From sequence record MT586120.1: a stretch of 64,000 nucleotides of DNA; one strand, written 5' to 3'. Below, in pieces: positions 6,110-18,000 of this stretch. Both the position numbers and the translations under genes were made by a program. Each line of letters begins with the position of its first letter. The first letter of the stretch is position 1. Below the pieces are notes generated by a model that worked only from the letters and a program-made list of their open reading frames with translations, was not told the origin of the DNA and made no database searches.

Positions 6110-6271
6110 ATGACTCAACTTTATGATATAATCATTGAAGGACAGACAATTCACAAAGGTGTTTCGGAAGAAACCTTCTTTGATGTTATGTCTGACCTCT
6201 CAACAGCATATTATGAGAGGGGCTATCCAGATCCCTCAACAGTTTCCCACACAACTTACATTAAGGAGTAA
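6110..6271 (+). CDS. Small hypothetical protein (53 aa, MTQLYDIIIEGQTIHKGVSEETFFDVMSDL...)
   Basis: GGAGG SD; hand-translated; resembles small ORFs I recall near g25 in T4-like cyanophages. Confidence 0.7.
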   Translation: MTQLYDIIIEGQTIHKGVSEETFFDVMSDLSTAYYERGYPDPSTVSHTTYIKE

Positions 6272-6273
6272 CA

Positions 6274-6408
6274 ATGTTCGGCAAGACACAGGAAAAAATC
6301 GAAAAAGCTGGAAAAAAGACCCGTCAGGGTCGTTCCAACCGCACGAAACTCTCTGCAACTTCCGCGAGACCTAGGCAAAAGCGTTATCGTGGTCAAGGAA
6401 GGAGCTGA
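6274..6408 (+). CDS. Small basic protein (44 aa, ...KKTRQGRSNRTKLSATSARPRQKRYRGQGRS)
   Basis: AAGGAG SD inside the previous stop region; KKTRQG...YRGQG pattern familiar from cyanophage small basic ORFs. Confidence 0.7.
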   Translation: MFGKTQEKIEKAGKKTRQGRSNRTKLSATSARPRQKRYRGQGRS

Positions 6409-6547
6409 AATCCCCTTTTTAGCGCTCGAAAAACAAAACTAACCCTTTTTAGGGACCCTACCCCTTCGGGGTATATAAATATTTAAAGTTACGATGGGGA
6501 TAGAACCCCCTTAAAAGTTCTAAAATGTAGTTTTTAGGACAAATTTA

Positions 6548-6664
6548 ATGGGAAGACCCGTAGATCGCTCACCTGGCGTCGTTTTAGTCACCGATTATGG
6601 TGCTCTTGACCGCGCTCTCGCTCAAAAAGCTCGCCAAGAAGCCGAAAAAGCCAAGAAAAATTAA
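6548..6664 (+). CDS. Small late protein (38 aa, MGRPVDRSPGVVLVTDYGALDRALAQKARQEAEKAKKN)
   Basis: Downstream of TATAAATA 6474-6481, AGGA SD, followed by a terminator. Confidence 0.6.
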   Translation: MGRPVDRSPGVVLVTDYGALDRALAQKARQEAEKAKKN

Positions 6665-6673
6665 ATAATCTTT

Positions 6674-6700
6674 AAAAAAGCTCCTTCGGGGGCTTTTTTT
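6674..6700 (+). terminator. Bidirectional-type Rho-independent terminator
   Basis: A6-GCTCC-TTCG-GGGGC-T8. Confidence 0.8.
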
Positions 6701-6734
6701 ATGCCTATAAATAATGATAAATGTTGCTTATGCG

Positions 6735-7139
6735 ATGGCTGACGTAAATCGTATCTCTAGATCATTCAAAGACATCAGTTTATCGTTCCAGCCACATCCT
6801 GTAACGAAGGATATTGGTGTTTTGGTCAATGAAAGGGCAATTAATCGGTCAGTTCGCAATATTGTTCAAACAATTCCTGGCGAAAAGTTTTTCAATCCAC
6901 TATTTGGGTCCAATGTTAGGTCTCAATTATTTGAAAACGCCAACTATGCCGTTGCTCTTGCGATTGAACAGGAAATTCTTACATCATTAAGGAATTTTGA
7001 GCCTAGAATTGCTAATGTTGGAGTAACAGCTAATTTATTCCCAGACAGGAATGAGTTTGACGTTACAGTTACATATGAAATTGTAGGACAAGCGTTTCCA
7101 CCCCAAACTTATAACTTTATTTTAACGAGTACTAGGTAA
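6735..7139 (+). CDS. g25: Baseplate wedge subunit gp25
   Basis: FKDISLSF.PHPVTKD...AI.RSVRNIV.T.PGE.FF.P.FGS...FEPR motif; late promoter 6706-6713 favours ATG 6735. Confidence 0.9.
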   Translation: MADVNRISRSFKDISLSFQPHPVTKDIGVLVNERAINRSVRNIVQTIPGEKFFNPLFGSNVRSQLFENANYAVALAIEQEILTSLRNFEPRIANVGVTANLFPDRNEFDVTVTYEIVGQAFPPQTYNFILTSTR

Positions 7140-9064
7140 TGGCTTTCACTAAGTTTACAAATTTAGACTACGATCAAATTAGAGAGTCTATTAAAGATTA
7201 TTTGCGAGCCAACTCAAACTTTAGTGGGTTTGATTTTGATGGTTCTAATTTTAGTATCCTTATTGATACATTAGCCTATAATGCATATATCAACTCGGTA
7301 AATGCAAATATGATCGTCAATGAATCCTTTTTGGATTCTGCGACACTACGTAGAAACGTTGTTTCATTGGCTGGTAACATTGGTTATCTCCCAAGATCAC
7401 GCAAAGCTGCTAGAGCTAGAGTCAAGTTCACCGTACAGACCTCTTCTACGACCCCTACGTTGACCTTGAAGGCAGGTCTAGTTGCTGTTGGGTCAGAAGC
7501 TAACAGTAGTTACGTATTTTCCATTCCAGAGGATATTACGACCACTGTGGTGAATGGTGTTGCTCAGTTTGGAACTGATGATGAGCCTATTGAGATCTAC
7601 CAGGGAACATTTGCTAAGACATCATTTAATGTAGATACATCATTAGACCAGAGATTCATTATTGCTAACCCAGATCTAGACTATAGTACTCTAGTTGTTA
7701 GGATCAAGGATCCTAATGAAGTTGGGTTGGGTAAAGTATGGGAGCGTGTAGAGAATATTATTAAAATTGATAGTAATAGTGAAATTTATTTCTTAGCTGA
7801 AGTAAACCAAGAGAACTATGAACTTCTATTCGGTGATGATATCTTCGGCAAAGCTTTACAGAATGGTCAAGTAATTGATTCAACATATATTGTAACAAAA
7901 GGTAAAGAAGGTGATGGTCCAGCTAACTTTACATTCTCTGGTTCTCTAGTTAATGATAATGGAGCAATTACTGCACCTTCTAACGTCATCACTGTAGATA
8001 CTCTAGAATCGGCTAGAAACGGTGCAGACATAGAGACGGTAGATTCTATCAAGTACTATGCTCCCCGCGTGTATGGAGCCCAATACAGGGCTGTGACGGG
8101 GCGTGACTACGAAGGCATCATTAAGAGCATCTATCCAAACACAGAATCCGTTTCTGTCGTTGGTGGTGAAGAACTTGTACCCCCACAATTTGGTAATGTA
8201 TTAATTAGTATTAAGCCAGTAAATGGTCTTGATGTTAGTGACTTTGATAAGAAGCAAATCTTAGATGGATTAAAGCAATATACTATTGCGGGTATTAATC
8301 AAAAAATTGTAGACCTTAAAATTCTATTTGTTGAGCTTGATGCTTCTGTATACTATGATGTTACTAAAGTTGGTAACTCAAATACACTGAAGACTGATAT
8401 TATGCGGTCACTAAACTCATATTCAACTTCTATTGATATTAATAAGTTTGGTGGTAGATTTAAGTACTCTAAAGTGCAAAAAGTTATTGACGATACTGAT
8501 ATTGCTGTAACTTCCAACATCACTAAAGTTATTGTTAGAAGAAACCTAAATGCTGTTCTAAATCAGTTTGCTCAATATGAGCTTTGCTATGGAAATGCGT
8601 TCCATCCGATTGCATCTGGTGGTTCTATTAAGAGTAGTGGATTTACTATTGCTGGTTCACCATCCACTCTATACATAACAGATGCTCCAAACAAGGATAA
8701 TAATGGAAACTTGGATGGGTCTGGTATGGGTACCATATCATTCATCAGTGAAAATATTAATTCTACAGGTTCCTCCAATTACATAACTGTTGTTGAAGAT
8801 GCTGGCTTTGTTGACTATGCAAAAGGTGAGATTCAGTTATTTACTACAAATATAACCGGCACATCATTACCTAATGAGATTATTGAAATACAAGCATATC
8901 CAAATTCAAATGACGTTATTGGATTGAAGGATTTATATGTCGTATTTGATGTTTCTACTAGTAGGATAAATATGGTTAAGGATACAATTTCTAGTGGTGA
9001 ACAGATCTCTGGTGTTGGATTCCCAGTAACATCAAGTTACGGAAACGGCAAACTAACAAGGTAA
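7139..9064 (+). CDS. g6: Baseplate wedge subunit gp6
   Basis: LDYDQIRESIKDYLRANSNF..FDFDGSN...ESFLDSATLR; YYAPRVYGAQYRAVT; position after g25. Confidence 0.92.
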   Translation: MAFTKFTNLDYDQIRESIKDYLRANSNFSGFDFDGSNFSILIDTLAYNAYINSVNANMIVNESFLDSATLRRNVVSLAGNIGYLPRSRKAARARVKFTVQTSSTTPTLTLKAGLVAVGSEANSSYVFSIPEDITTTVVNGVAQFGTDDEPIEIYQGTFAKTSFNVDTSLDQRFIIANPDLDYSTLVVRIKDPNEVGLGKVWERVENIIKIDSNSEIYFLAEVNQENYELLFGDDIFGKALQNGQVIDSTYIVTKGKEGDGPANFTFSGSLVNDNGAITAPSNVITVDTLESARNGADIETVDSIKYYAPRVYGAQYRAVTGRDYEGIIKSIYPNTESVSVVGGEELVPPQFGNVLISIKPVNGLDVSDFDKKQILDGLKQYTIAGINQKIVDLKILFVELDASVYYDVTKVGNSNTLKTDIMRSLNSYSTSIDINKFGGRFKYSKVQKVIDDTDIAVTSNITKVIVRRNLNAVLNQFAQYELCYGNAFHPIASGGSIKSSGFTIAGSPSTLYITDAPNKDNNGNLDGSGMGTISFISENINSTGSSNYITVVEDAGFVDYAKGEIQLFTTNITGTSLPNEIIEIQAYPNSNDVIGLKDLYVVFDVSTSRINMVKDTISSGEQISGVGFPVTSSYGNGKLTR

Positions 9065-9080
9065 CAACAGGTATCTTAGC

Positions 9081-12000
9081 ATGATTGGTACTGGTATTGA
9101 TGTGAGAGTGAAGATTCAAGATATTGTTTCTTCACAACTTCCCGAATTTATTTTAAGTGAAGCGCCATTAACTGATGACTTCTTAAAACAGTTTTATGTC
9201 TCCCAGGAATTTCAGGGAGGTGCAATTGATTTTGCTACAAATTTAGACCAGTACCTAGACCTAAACAACCTAAGTTCAGATTCTCTCTACGGCACATTTG
9301 AACTAACCCAAGATATATCATCCACAGATACTGAAGTATTTGTAAATACAACAAAAAGTTTCCCTGGCGAGTGGGGGCTCTTAAAGGTCAATGATGAAAT
9401 CATGACCTATACTGGTATTACAACCAATTCTTTCACTGGCGTTGTAAGGGGCTTCAGTGGAGTAACTTCACTTCATGCTGAAGGTGCTCCCGAAGAGATT
9501 GTATTTAATGCCACAGAGGCTTCTAGCCACCTCTCAGGTGCTTCTGTAACAAACCTAAGCACATTATTCCTAAAAGAATTTTATAAAAAGCTCTCATACA
9601 CATTTGCTCCTGGTTTTGAGGACCTAGATGTTGATTCTGAACTTGATGTAGGCAACTGGATTCGACAGGTTCGTTCATTCTTCCAAACAAAGGGAAGTGA
9701 GGAGTCAATCATTATTCTCTTCAAAGTTTTATATGGGGAGAAGCCAACTGTTATTGACTTGGAAGATTTCCTAATCAAGCCATCAACAGCAGAGTACTCT
9801 AGGAGAGATTATGCGGTAGCTATTCCCGTTGAAGGAAATCCAATTGACCTCAAAGGTAAAACTATCTTTCAAGTAGGCAGCCCCAATGTATTTGGTGCTG
9901 TTTCTGAGATTGAAGCATTTACTCGTGATGGGAGATTGTATTATAGGATTTATTTCTTCGTATCTAATGAAGAGGTATTGAATGAAAGAAAGCTATTCAC
10001 AATTCCTGGAAGAACTCAATGCCAGAGGGAATGGAATCCTGGTGATACAACGCTCACCGTAGATACTACTATTGGCTTCCGCGATAATGGTGAGTTCATA
10101 ACAGCGGACGGCATTGTATTCAATTACGAACAGAGGAGTGTTAATCAATTCCTAGGTGTTACTTGTTCTGTTCCAACAAAGAAAGTTCTAATTACTGATG
10201 AGATCATTGACAATATAATTGTCTCTGGTATGAATGATCTTGGGGAAGAAGTTACTTTGCGCCTAACTGGAGTTATTTCTGATATTAATTTTGGTGATGA
10301 TATTCCATTTAATTTCCAAGGTGAGAAAATTCGTGTAGATACTCTAGGTGAAAGTATTTTAAGTAATATTGCTACTAGAGACGAATCAACCGTACCAGAA
10401 ATTATTGCTAATAGCTTTGTATATAATACAAGTGTTAGATTTGAAGTGGAAAGTGTTAATGGTACTTCATTCATTTTATCAGCACCTTACTTAGACAAAT
10501 CATCTATTGATGTTGGAGATACTGTTGATATCCTTCCACGTGGTGGTCAGAATGCTTATATCATAGGTGCTCTAGTTACCGAAGTTGATTTTGTTAACTC
10601 TACCGTTACAATTAATAACTCATTCGGTATTCCAGTTAACCAGTCACTGGATATTAGGAGAAATCAAAAATATGCTAATAGTAGTGGAGCTAGAATTGAC
10701 TATGGTAACAATGCCGTACTATCAAATGTTTTGAACTTATATGATGGTAGAGAGTACGATTCAAATTACTACGTAGCAACTAATTCACTACCATCCTATG
10801 AAATCTCTGCCAATATTGTAGAGAGTTCATTAGTTAGTCCAACACAACAGAGCTTTGATGATTTTAATAGTTTCACTGGTGAGTATTCAACTATTATCTT
10901 TGCGGGTGATGTTAATTTTTATACCGGGGATTTAGTTACTTATTCCGTAAGTGAAGGAGCAACTTCATTAACTGAAACTGGGGAATATTATGTTCAAGTT
11001 CTATCTGATAGAAGAAAGGTTAAGCTTTTTGTTTCTCCATCATTTATTGGAAGTGAGAATTCAGTTGGACTTGTATATACTCCAGACTCAGGCTCACATT
11101 TCTTTACTCTAGAAAGTCAGAAGACACGTGAAATTTCAACTAAGCGTATTTTTAGAAAAATTCCTGTATCTGATAGTTTAGTTGCTATTGATAGAACTCC
11201 TGAAGAAACTACTCCTGGTTCTATCGCAGTATTGACTAATGGTGTGGAGATTGTTTCATATAAGTCTCCAAATAAAGTATACCTGGGTCCACTTGAGAGA
11301 TTAGATGTTGGATCACGTGGTGAAGGATATAGTGTAATATCTCCACCCAAAATCTACATTGCCGAACCTGATGTTCAGCTATATGAAGGTGGTACTGGTA
11401 GTGTAGTTCCTACTAAAGCTACAAGTACTCCAGTAATTAAAGGTAAGTTAGAGGAAATTCTAATTGACCCACAGGACTTTGATATTAAAGAAGTATTCAG
11501 TATCACTGTCAGGGGTGGTAATAGTCGTGGTGCATCAGCTGTTCCTATTATTGATAAAAAGAATAGGGAACTACCTTTTGATAGTAGAGTTACTACATTG
11601 GGTGGCGGTGTTAATCCTGATGATAACAGCATCCTTTTTCAGAGCAATCATAATTTAACAGAAGGAACTGCATTAGTTTATAATAACAAGGGTGCTGATA
11701 GTATTGGTATTACCCTTTCAGATAATACTGATTTTAGTACAGGTGCAACTCTTTCTAATGGTGGAGTTTATTATGCTAAAATATTAAACAATAGAACTAT
11801 TCAATTATTCGAGACTTTAGAGTCTTTGAATAATGGTGGAGATCCAGTATTTCTATCATCAAATCTAACTGGGTATGGTTTTCAGTCATTTGATACATTA
11901 AGGGCTGATAGATTGATTGGAGCAACAATCACTGATGATGGTGGAGACTTTTTCTATAGAAATATGTCCTTCAATCCATCAAATGTATTTGATGAGTATG

Positions 12001-15000
12001 ATGAAATCAGATACGTATCCCACGGATTTAATAGTGGGGATATTGTAGAGTATGGGACTACTGGAACTGTTATTAGTGGAATGTCCACACAGAATCAGTA
12101 CTATGTCTACAAAGTAAATGATAATGTACTAAAACTATCTGATGCCGGTATTGGAGCAACTATATCCAGCAACTATGATAGGTTGGAATTTGTTGACTTT
12201 AATAGTTCTGGTACAGGCACTCATAATATCAAATATCCAGACATCACAGCCGATGTTGTAGTTTCTTTTGCTAGTAGTGCAACTGGAACAATTGTAGCTA
12301 GTCCTATTATCCGTGGATCAATTGAACAAGTCTATACAGATGATGGTGGATATTATGGTAGTGATATTATTAATTTTGAAAAAAATCCAGAAGTATATCC
12401 AATTGGTGGGTCACTGGCTAAATTATCACCATCAATTGTTAATGGGATTGTTAATTTTGTTCAAATTATCAATACTGGAAAAAACTACTCTGATTGTCCT
12501 GAATTAGTTGTTAGTGATTCTAGCGGCGCTGGAACTGGTGCTAAATTAAGGGCAGTTGTTGTAGACGGCGAAATAATAGATGTTATCATAATTAGTGGTG
12601 GTATTGGTTATAATTCGGCATCTACAACTATTGAAGTCCTTGAGACTGGTAGAGATGCGCTAATTATTCCTAGAATTAGAGACCTAACAATCAATCTAAA
12701 TTCTAGATTTGGATTTGAGGTTCTTAGTCAAAATAACTATAGGATCGTATCATATAATAGAGTCCTTAGAGAAGGCGTTTATAGTGATGTTGGTAACTTC
12801 CACTCACCTATTATTGGTTGGGCTAATGATGGTAATCCAATTTATGGTGGTTTTGGTTTCTCCGACCCCCAGGATACTAACTCAGAAATCCGTGCTATGG
12901 AGACCGCATATGAATTGGCTCCCAATGATGTATATGGTAGACCTTCACAGACAGCATATCCAGCTGGTTTCTTCATTGAGGATTACAAGTATGTTGATGG
13001 TGGTGACCTAGATGAATACAATGGTCGTTACTGCCGCACACCAGACTTCCCCAATGGTGTATATGCATACTTTGCTGGAATTTCACCAGACCCACAGTCA
13101 AGTGCTAGAGAGCCACAGTTCCCATACTTCATTGGACCTAAGTTTAGGGATTCTGCAATTGATTCAAATAGTACTAATGTTGATCAGAGCTTTGATCTTA
13201 ATGATAAGCCAATCTTTAGAAATACATTCCCATACTATGTTGGGAGTCCAGTAGCTGGTAGTGAGTTCATCGATCAATCCTATCTATTTGATATTCAGGA
13301 TAGTATTGTACAATCAACTTCTCCAGGAACTATTGATTCCATTTCAATTGTTGGTGACGGAAAAGATTACTCCGTTGGTGATGTACCTTTATTTAATTCT
13401 GATGAAGATTTTATCAGTGCTACTATATCTCAGGTAACTGGTATTGGTGTATCAGAAGTTAGAGAAAATACCCTATCTTACAGTAAGTTAGATACAGCAG
13501 TAATTAGATTAGATCAGAAAACTATTCGCATATATGTTTCCCCCAATCACCAATACAATGATAACGACTCTGTTATTATTAGTGGATTAAGTACGATTAC
13601 ATCCACTATTAGTGGATCAAGAATTGTAAATATAGATAACTCAGCAATGACTCTATATTCACCAGTTCAGCCTATCGTAAATGATGGTGTTACTGATATA
13701 TTTGTAAATTCAATATCTCAAAATGTGAGTGTTGGATCTTCAATTGAAATTGGTAATCCCGGCGAAACTGAATTGGTAAGTGTATTAAATATCTTCCCAA
13801 TCAATAAGGCACTTCGTGTATATCGCCCTGTTGGGTTTAATACTGTCGCAAACATTGGTGATCTCGTATCACCATTACCAAACTTCTTTGATGTTAATGT
13901 TAGAACTCCCGAGTTTGAGTCCGAGCTTGACTATGCGTATAACTTCAATCCAAAACAATCTTTAAGTATTGCTCCATCTCTTGGAGAATCTACTAGTAGA
14001 GTTTATAGTATTGGTAGTATTGATTACCCAATATCAGTACCTGCTGCGTCAATTTATGCACCAAACCATCAATTTAAAAACTTAGAGGAAGTTGTATTTA
14101 CTAAGCCAGCTAATGGTATTAGCCTTGATGGATTGGATTCAAATAATAATCCAGTTGTTGTTCCTATCATTGGCGATAGCCAAGTGCTGTATGTTCATAA
14201 CATTTCCAAAGACTACATTGGGTTGAGATTTACTCCTAGTGACGAAGACATCATCTTCCTCACGGATGCTTCCGATCTATTCACATATTCTATAAAAACA
14301 AATAGGTTTGTTGAAACTGCAAACTTGGATAGAATTCGTGCCGAAGTCACTACTATTAAACCTCATCAACTAAAGAATAATGATACTGTTACTATTAGTG
14401 TATCTGCGTTGAATTCTTCCGGCATTGGAACTGCTTCCGATGTTTATATTCAGTTTGATGAAATTTCGCAGTCATTGATCGTTGATCCAAAATTTGCTAC
14501 ATCAGCAGATATCTCAACTGAATTGAATCTCGTCTTCATTGAAGATCACGGATATATTTTGGGAGACTATGTTTTATATGAGTGTGATGGAACTTCTATT
14601 TCTGGATTAACAACTCATTCCAAATATTTTATCATCCCATTTGATACCGATAGATTCTATCTAGCGGAAACTGCTATTGATGTTAAGATTGGATCTGAGC
14701 TTCCTATCATATTGGGTTCTACTGGTTCTGGTGAGCATAAGTTCTCCAAAGTTAATCCAGAACTCAATATTACCGGCAATCACGATATATTGTTCGATGT
14801 ATCTGATCCATCACTTTTAAATAGAGAGCTAAAGTTCTTCTACGATCAGAATCTAACAGAAGTATTTGAGAATAATGGTATTGATCCCGTATTTGTTGTT
14901 AGTGGAGTTTCTAGTGAAGGAACTATTGGAGCAACTAAAGAGATTAGATTCTCTGAAAACAATCCTGGAGTAATTTATTACGGTATTGAGTCTGGTGGAT

Positions 15001-18000
15001 ACATCTCCACATCAGATACTAATGCAATCGCATATAACTCAATTAAGTATGTTAATAGTGTATATTCTACTAAAGGAACTATCACATCAGAAGATGATAA
15101 TGTATTCTCATTATCTTTATCAGAGAAGCCCGAAGTTCCTCTATACACATCCACCAATTCCTTACTATCGTATACTACTTCATCCAAAAATACTGTTGGG
15201 GGTGTAGGTGAGGTTAGGATTATCTCTAGTGGAAATAATTTTAAGACTCTACCAGAATTTATAACAATACAAAGTGAGACTGGAAACAACGCATCATTGA
15301 GAGCAAATTCCAGTGATATTGGTAGGCTTTCATCATTCAGGATTCAGAATGCTGGATGGGCATATTCTGCAGATAAGACATTGAGTCCTAAGGGAATCGT
15401 CCAACCAAGTATTAAATTCACTAATTCTGACTTTGTATCTTCAATTGACGTTATTAATGGTGGAATTGGATATCAGGTAAATCCTGATGTTGTTCTAATT
15501 GATGCTATCACTAGACAAACCATAGATAATGGCTCATTAATTGCAAATACACAATCATCTAAGATTGTTGAAATTGAAATTGATGTTGCACCATCAGGTC
15601 TTTCAAAAAATCCTCACGAATTATACACAACTAATAATGGTAATGGTATTCCTATTCTTGAGATCATTGATATCGATTCAACCTCAGCAGAAGTAGTATT
15701 TTCCCTACAAACACCTATTATTGGTTATGCATCAACTCCATTTGAGATTGGAGACCAAGTATTCATTGAGAATATCTTCTCAGATAGTACTGATTCATCC
15801 AACTTAAATTCTAGTGATTATGGATATTCATTCTTTGATGTTGTTTCGGTAATTTCATCCAATCCAACTATTATTACCGTTAAGTATCCAGAAAGTGCGG
15901 TTGATAACATCTATACTGGTATTGGAGCAACTAATCAAGGTGCCTTCTCTTCCATTGTTAATAGGAAAAATTATCCAGAATTCCAAGTAAATCAAACTAC
16001 TGCAGTATTTGTTATTGGTGAGAGACTATCAGTTATTATTGATGGTGATGATAGAGAAACTGATTTAATTATTGAAGAATCCAATACTAATTTCTTTAAG
16101 GTCAGTGGTAATTATGACTTGCTTACAGGTGATACTGTTCGTGGAAACGTTAGTGGTATTGAAGCTACTGTAACGGATATCGACAAGAGTTTCTGTAGGT
16201 ACGTTGTAGACACTGTTAGTCGCACAAGTATTGGTTGGAGAGATTCTATTGGATTTACTAATGATGAATTTCAAGTAACACCAAATAATGATTACTATCA
16301 GAATCTTTCATATTCCATTAAGAGTACTATTGGCTTTGAGACACTTATTGGACCAGTCAATCGTCTAGTACATCCAGCTGGATTGAAAAACTTCTCGGAT
16401 ACTAAAATTGAGTCAATTGGTGTTGTTGGTCTTGGAACGACAGCTATTACAACCGACCCATCAATCACCATTGATTTCATTGGATTGACTGATGTATCAG
16501 ATACCCCATTGCGCGTTGATAGAATTAACGTATTTGATTTGGGGTATGATTCAAACGTTAACAATAACAAGACCAATGAGATCCGATTTAATAGCGCTAC
16601 ACCTGAGAAGAGGTTAACTAATTATTTTGAAGTGAAGACTAACCGAGTATTACTAATTGATGATATTAGTAGTTCATTTATTGATAGTGATAATCTAAGG
16701 GCTCAGAATGATTTTATAGACTTTGATGTTATTACTTCAGTTTATACTAGAGGTATTATTCAAGTTAGAAATCCATCTACCGATCAAGTCCAACTATCAG
16801 AAATTATATCTCTAACATATGATGATAATGCATATACGCTTAGTAAAGCTAGTGTATATGATGGAAACGTTCCGCACGGTATTTTCCAATCTACTTCATT
16901 AACTAGTAGTGATTATACATTGAGGTTTATTCCAACTGAACCAGATACATTTGATATGGATCTAAAGCTATTGACTCAAAAGTTTGATAGTAACTCTATT
17001 GGTGCAAAGGAACTTGGATATGTAACTCTTGGAGGTCTTGCTAGAACTGCACCTGCATTATCATCAACTCTTGTATATTCAGCACCAAATAATTCCATTA
17101 ATGCTGTAGCACTTCAAGTATATGTGCAGAAAGCAAGTGGTCAACCATCATACTATGAAGTATATGCATTTGTTGCTAATGGTGAAGTTTTATCAAAAAC
17201 ATACAATTTTACTGGTGATCCCATTAGAGAGTCAAACTCACCTGGATTTGACTTTATATCTATTCTAGATGGTGGTGGTAAGATTAGGATTTCTGTAGAG
17301 AACACGGATGCTGATTTCTTACGTATCAACACAAGAGAACTTGAGTATAAAGCAACTGCTTCTGGAGAAAATCCATACAGGTTCAAAAAGGATAATATCT
17401 TTGATGGTTCTGAAAGAGGATTGAATCTTCTATCCGAGCAGACTGTTGGGTCTACAACAGATTCATCCATCAATGTATTAACATTAAATAGTGAGCTATT
17501 CCAAACAGCCAAGTTGGTAGTATACATTGAGGGTACCACTATCGGTGCTATCCATCAAGTTATGGTAGCCAATTCTGATGGATCAACATACAACGAAACA
17601 TATCCATTCATTACTGAGGGTGATGGATCTGGTGGTTCGGGTATTGGTACATTTGGAGCTACTATCAATGGTAGTGACTGGAACATTGAGTTCTATCCAG
17701 ATTCCAGTTTTTCTGCGCAGTCATTGACCTTCACAACATATGCTGAAGCATTTTATCGCGAGTATGATGCAGTTAACTATGATCCAAGACCACTTACTTA
17801 CCAAAATAACGAAGAGGCATATTTCTTAGAGATATACAATACCCCTCTAGGTAATAGAACTAATAAGGTTAGTTTTCCAATTCAATATAATGGAATACCA
17901 GTATATGAAAAGGGGTTTGATCCAATTGCAGTCATTGATGATTCTAGTGATGTTATTTCATTGAATAATCATTTCTTTAGTGATTCTGAAGAATTGTATT

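Noticed and set aside
6135-6374. 79-aa track ORF
   Set aside because: Overlaps two better-supported small ORFs (6110-6271, 6274-6408) that have SD sequences.
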